From an archaeon (GTDB lineage Archaea > Nanobdellota > Nanobdellia > Woesearchaeales > GW2011-AR9): a stretch of DNA of 64,000 nt. The notes under the pieces were generated by a model, which was not told the DNA's origin, did no database searches, and was given only the letters and a program-made list of their open reading frames with translations. Where the stretch lies: contig JAUYKZ010000006.1 of the NCBI GenBank assembly GCA_030704845.1, forward strand, positions 18,046-82,045, given 5' to 3'. Positions 60,206 to 64,000 of the stretch are shown one piece after another. The stretch's first letter is position 1. Each line of letters begins with the position of its first letter. The translations under genes were made by a program, and so were the position numbers.

Positions 60206-61426
60206 GTGATGGACATGGCAGAACTAAGCTTTGAAACATTAACCTTTAGAACCACCAAAGACGAATTAGTGATAACTCTGCTTAATATCTGTAATACAAA
60301 AATTCCTAAAGAAGAAGTGGAAGCGATAGCTCCGTTTACTTTGAGTGATAACCACACCATGGTCTTTGATAAAATTGATCAAGAAAAAGCTTCAACAAAA
60401 TTTTCTTTTCTTCTTACAAAATATTTTGATTCTTTAAAAAATATCCTTACTGGCAATAAAGTAACATACATCCATCGTAATTCTGGTATTCCTTTAATTG
60501 GTAATGTAGCTTTCGGAATCGTTTACAGAGGTTCATCCATAATTGAGATTAAACCAGTAACCTCTTGTAATTTAGATTGTGTTTATTGTTCAATTTCAGA
60601 AGGATTATCATCTAAAAAAAATGATTTCATTATCGAGAAAGAATATCTCATCGAAGAATTAGAGAAACTGGTTAAATTTATTGATGAACCAGTCGAGATT
60701 CATATCGGAGTACAAGGAGAACCATTTCTTTATTCTGACATGGAAGGCTTGATTGCTGATTTACAGGCAATGGAGAATGTTCGTACGATTTCAATTGATA
60801 CCAACGGTACAATTCTAAATAAGGATAAAATTGATCGACTAGCTAAAAATAACAAGTTACAGGTTAATTTATCCCTTGATGCAATTAATGAAGAAGAAGC
60901 AAGGAAAATAGCGGGAGTTAAGACATATAATGTTAAACACGTAAAAGAAGTAATTAGTTATGCCTCCCAAAAATTAAAAGTAATCGTAGCTCCAGTTCTC
61001 GTTCAAGGATTTAATGACGAGGAATTAGAAGAGATTATTAAATTTGTCAAATCTCTGCCAGTGCAACCAATACTTGGAATCCAAAATTTCTTGCGATATA
61101 AAACTGGAAGAAATCCGGGCAAGGAGATGTCTTGGGAAAAATTTTATTCGTTACTTGAAGAACTAGAGAAAAAACATCAGATTAAATTAAAATTACAGAA
61201 AGAAGATTTTAATATTAAAGAAACGAAAGAGTTGTCGAAACCATTTAAGGAAGGAGATATCGTAAAAGCCGTGATTAAATGTCCGGATAGATTTCCTAAT
61301 TCCTCCATTGCGGTTTCAGGAGAAAGAAGTATTTCTATCCCCAATTGCCAATTCAAGAAAGATAAAAAGGTTTCTGTAAAAATTGCTAGGGATAAACATA
61401 ATATCTTTGTGGGAAAGTTAGTTTAG
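60206..61426 (+). CDS. Radical SAM domain protein with a C-terminal TRAM-like domain
   Basis: CNLDCVYCS CxxxCxxC motif. Confidence 0.65.
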   Translation: MMDMAELSFETLTFRTTKDELVITLLNICNTKIPKEEVEAIAPFTLSDNHTMVFDKIDQEKASTKFSFLLTKYFDSLKNILTGNKVTYIHRNSGIPLIGNVAFGIVYRGSSIIEIKPVTSCNLDCVYCSISEGLSSKKNDFIIEKEYLIEELEKLVKFIDEPVEIHIGVQGEPFLYSDMEGLIADLQAMENVRTISIDTNGTILNKDKIDRLAKNNKLQVNLSLDAINEEEARKIAGVKTYNVKHVKEVISYASQKLKVIVAPVLVQGFNDEELEEIIKFVKSLPVQPILGIQNFLRYKTGRNPGKEMSWEKFYSLLEELEKKHQIKLKLQKEDFNIKETKELSKPFKEGDIVKAVIKCPDRFPNSSIAVSGERSISIPNCQFKKDKKVSVKIARDKHNIFVGKLV

Positions 61427-61448
61427 ACACAAAAGATTTATATATCAT

Positions 61449-61784
61449 ATGTTGATTTTATCATGCATGGATAATTCATTAGATGTTTACAAACTATTTT
61501 TTGGATCTCTAGCTAACCCAAACAGGTTACAAATTCTTACGATACTGCGTACTGGTGCAATGAATGTTACAGAAATCTGTAAGAAGTTGAAATTTGAACA
61601 AACCATGGTATCGCATAATCTTAAACGATTAGAAACTTGCGGGATGGTTTTTGCCGAACAAAGAGGAAAAAACAGGTATTATTCCTTAAATAATAAAACG
61701 ATTAAACCGTTAATGGAGTTAATTGATAAACATACATACCAATATTGTGAGCATGTTGTTAGTGAAAAAAAGTTCAATAAGTGA
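61449..61784 (+). CDS. ArsR/SmtB family metal-responsive transcriptional regulator
   Basis: [30 protein letters not shown]; directly upstream of the P-type ATPase. Confidence 0.75.
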   Translation: MLILSCMDNSLDVYKLFFGSLANPNRLQILTILRTGAMNVTEICKKLKFEQTMVSHNLKRLETCGMVFAEQRGKNRYYSLNNKTIKPLMELIDKHTYQYCEHVVSEKKFNK

Positions 61785-61794
61785 GGTTAAAAAT

Positions 61795-64000
61795 ATGGTA
61801 GACAAAAAACAAGTTAGATTAGACATCAAAGGAATTCATTGTGCAAGTTGCGTTTCAAAGATAGAAAATGCTCTAAATAAAAAAGGAGGGATCACTAAAG
61901 CTACAGTGAATTTTGCCACATCGAAAGCTAGCATAGAATATTTGTCAGATAAAATTTCCACAAGAGAAGTCAAAAAAGTTATCGAAGATTTAGGATATAC
62001 TGCTTTAGAAACTGAAGAACGTAATAAAGGTGAAGCTATTGCTAATTTACGTATTATTGGTATGGATAATCCACACTGCGTAAGCATGATCGACAATGGT
62101 TTAAAAGTTCTCGAAGGAATAATATCAAAGAAGTTATTAGTTACCGGAAAAGCTGCAATAACTTATGACCCAAAAAAAGTATCATTAGATAAGATTAAGA
62201 AAACAATTAAAGACATAGGTTATAAAGCATTGGAAGGAAATGCACCACAAGACACAGAAAAAGAAGAGAGAGAGAAAGAAAGTCTTGATCTCAAACGCAG
62301 AACAGTTATAGCAATTATTCTTTCAATTCCATTATTATATATCGCAATGATTGCCCATCTTTTCGGATTACCTTTACCGCTCTTCATTAAAAACAACACA
62401 GCTATCTTTCAATTATTGTTAGCTACACCCGTATTATTTGCCGGATCAATGTTCTACACTCAAGGGATTGGATCGCTAATCAAAACAAGAACAGCCACCA
62501 TGGACACTTTAGTTGCCATAGGTACGGGAACGGCATACGTTTATTCATTGATTCAATCAGTTCTTTTATGGACCGGAAAAATTGCAATGGCCGAATTATA
62601 TTATGAAGTTGCTGCTCTGCTGGTGGCATTTATACTTCTGGGAAGATTCCTTGAAGCAAGAGCTAAAGGGAAAACTTCAGAAGCGATAAAGAAATTGATC
62701 GGTTTACAACCGAAGAAAGCTCTGGTAAAAAGAGGAAATAAAGAAGTTGAAGTTCCAATAGAAGAAGTTGTCGTTGGAGATTTGGTCATTGTTAAACCTG
62801 GACAAAAAATTCCCGTTGATGGAACAATTGTTGACGGTCATTCATCTGTAGATGAAAGCATGATTACCGGAGAAAGTATCCCCGTTGAAAAAAGTAAAGG
62901 AAGTAAAATTATCGGAGCAACTATTAACAAAAATGGTTCGTTCACATTTAAAGCCGAAAAAATTGGTGCAGAAACTGCACTTGCTCAGATTATCAAATTA
63001 GTTGAAGAAGCTCAAGGAAGTAAAGCACCAATTCAAAAATTGGCAGATAAAATTTCCGCGATTTTTGTGCCAACAATTGTTTCCCTAGCCGTGATTTCAT
63101 TCTTGGTATGGTACTTCTTAGGATTCGGTGTGTCATTCGCCTTAACTACTTTTGTTGCAGTTTTAATCATCGCTTGCCCATGTGCTTTAGGATTAGCTAC
63201 ACCAACCGCAATAATGGTTGGAACAGGTAAAGGAGCAGAGAACGGAATTTTAATCAAAAGTGCAGAAGCTTTACAGAAAGCTCAATCCGTCGACACAGTT
63301 GTGTTCGACAAGACCGGAACTTTAACTAACGGTAAACCAGAAGTTACAGAAGTTATTTCATTAAACGGTTTCTCTGAAAAAGAAGTTCTTCAATATGCCG
63401 CTATCGCTGAAAAAAGAAGCGAACACCCATTAGGAGAAGCTATCGTAAAAGAAGCTCACAGAAAGAAAATTACCGTGAATGATCCTAGCTCGTTCAAAGC
63501 AATTACCGGGAAAGGTTTAGAAGCCAAACATAACGGGAAAACTATTTACCTAGGTAACAGAAAATTGATGGAAGAAAAAAATATTCCAACCAAAAGTATC
63601 GAGAATGATTTGCAAAACCTAGAAAATGAAGGAAAAACAGCGATGATTCTAGCCGTTGATAAAAAAGTTGCAGGAATTATTGCAGTTGCTGACACAGTAA
63701 AAGAACATTCAGCAGAAGCTGTAGAATTACTAAACAAATTAGGATTAGAAGTAATAATGATTACCGGAGATAATAAACGAACTGGACAAGCTATCGCTAA
63801 ACAAGTTGGAATTAAAAACGTTCTAGCGGAAGTTCTTCCGGAAGATAAAGCTAAGGAAATAAAACGATTACAACATCAAAAAAAGAAAGTTGCAATGGTC
63901 GGAGATGGAATAAATGACGCGCCAGCATTAGCCCAAGCAGAGATAGGTATCGCAATCGGGTCAGGTACAGACGTCGCCATAGAATCGGCAGATATAGTTC
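61795..64000 (+). CDS. copA: Heavy-metal (Cu+/Ag+) P1B-type ATPase, 3'-truncated by the window end
   Basis: Two HMA domains ([12 protein letters not shown]; GMDNPHCV), CPC motif [27 protein letters not shown]. Confidence 0.85.
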   Translation, partial: MVDKKQVRLDIKGIHCASCVSKIENALNKKGGITKATVNFATSKASIEYLSDKISTREVKKVIEDLGYTALETEERNKGEAIANLRIIGMDNPHCVSMIDNGLKVLEGIISKKLLVTGKAAITYDPKKVSLDKIKKTIKDIGYKALEGNAPQDTEKEEREKESLDLKRRTVIAIILSIPLLYIAMIAHLFGLPLPLFIKNNTAIFQLLLATPVLFAGSMFYTQGIGSLIKTRTATMDTLVAIGTGTAYVYSLIQSVLLWTGKIAMAELYYEVAALLVAFILLGRFLEARAKGKTSEAIKKLIGLQPKKALVKRGNKEVEVPIEEVVVGDLVIVKPGQKIPVDGTIVDGHSSVDESMITGESIPVEKSKGSKIIGATINKNGSFTFKAEKIGAETALAQIIKLVEEAQGSKAPIQKLADKISAIFVPTIVSLAVISFLVWYFLGFGVSFALTTFVAVLIIACPCALGLATPTAIMVGTGKGAENGILIKSAEALQKAQSVDTVVFDKTGTLTNGKPEVTEVISLNGFSEKEVLQYAAIAEKRSEHPLGEAIVKEAHRKKITVNDPSSFKAITGKGLEAKHNGKTIYLGNRKLMEEKNIPTKSIENDLQNLENEGKTAMILAVDKKVAGIIAVADTVKEHSAEAVELLNKLGLEVIMITGDNKRTGQAIAKQVGIKNVLAEVLPEDKAKEIKRLQHQKKKVAMVGDGINDAPALAQAEIGIAIGSGTDVAIESADIV

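Overview
Reading this by eye, the window looks like a low-GC archaeal genome segment, most likely a DPANN-type lineage. The evidence is archaeal/eukaryal-type ribosomal proteins (S13-S4-S11-RpoD-L18e-L13-S9-RpoN operon, L15e, L21e-RpoF-DUF655, a tiny L41e gene), a 16S-tRNAAla-23S operon whose tRNA-Ala carries a canonical 37/38 intron, palindromic TTTATAAA promoters ~25-30 nt before start codons (leaderless mRNAs), Elp3, diphthine synthase, and many class-III (prepilin-like) and Sec signal peptides. The most distinctive region is a ~15 kb co-directional minus-strand locus (11.9-27.2 kb). It encodes two copies of a module made of a prepilin-like giant protein followed by a giant Sec-secreted protein, plus a 604-aa secreted protein, a polytopic membrane protein and three translationally coupled HEPN / minimal-nucleotidyltransferase pairs. 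Other notable items: a giant S8 subtilisin operon with SppA; an L,D-transpeptidase; a near-identical ~95 nt hairpin-rich element present in inverted orientation at 31.4 kb and 49.5 kb, bracketing 18 kb that includes the rRNA operon; a related TIR-bounded palindromic element at 24.5 kb; a four-CBS + HPF/YfiA-like fusion protein; a family of small Cys-rich secreted proteins; acidic/basic micro-ORFs; MutS; and an ArsR-CopA module running off the window end. All protein calls rest on motif recognition by eye, not database searches.
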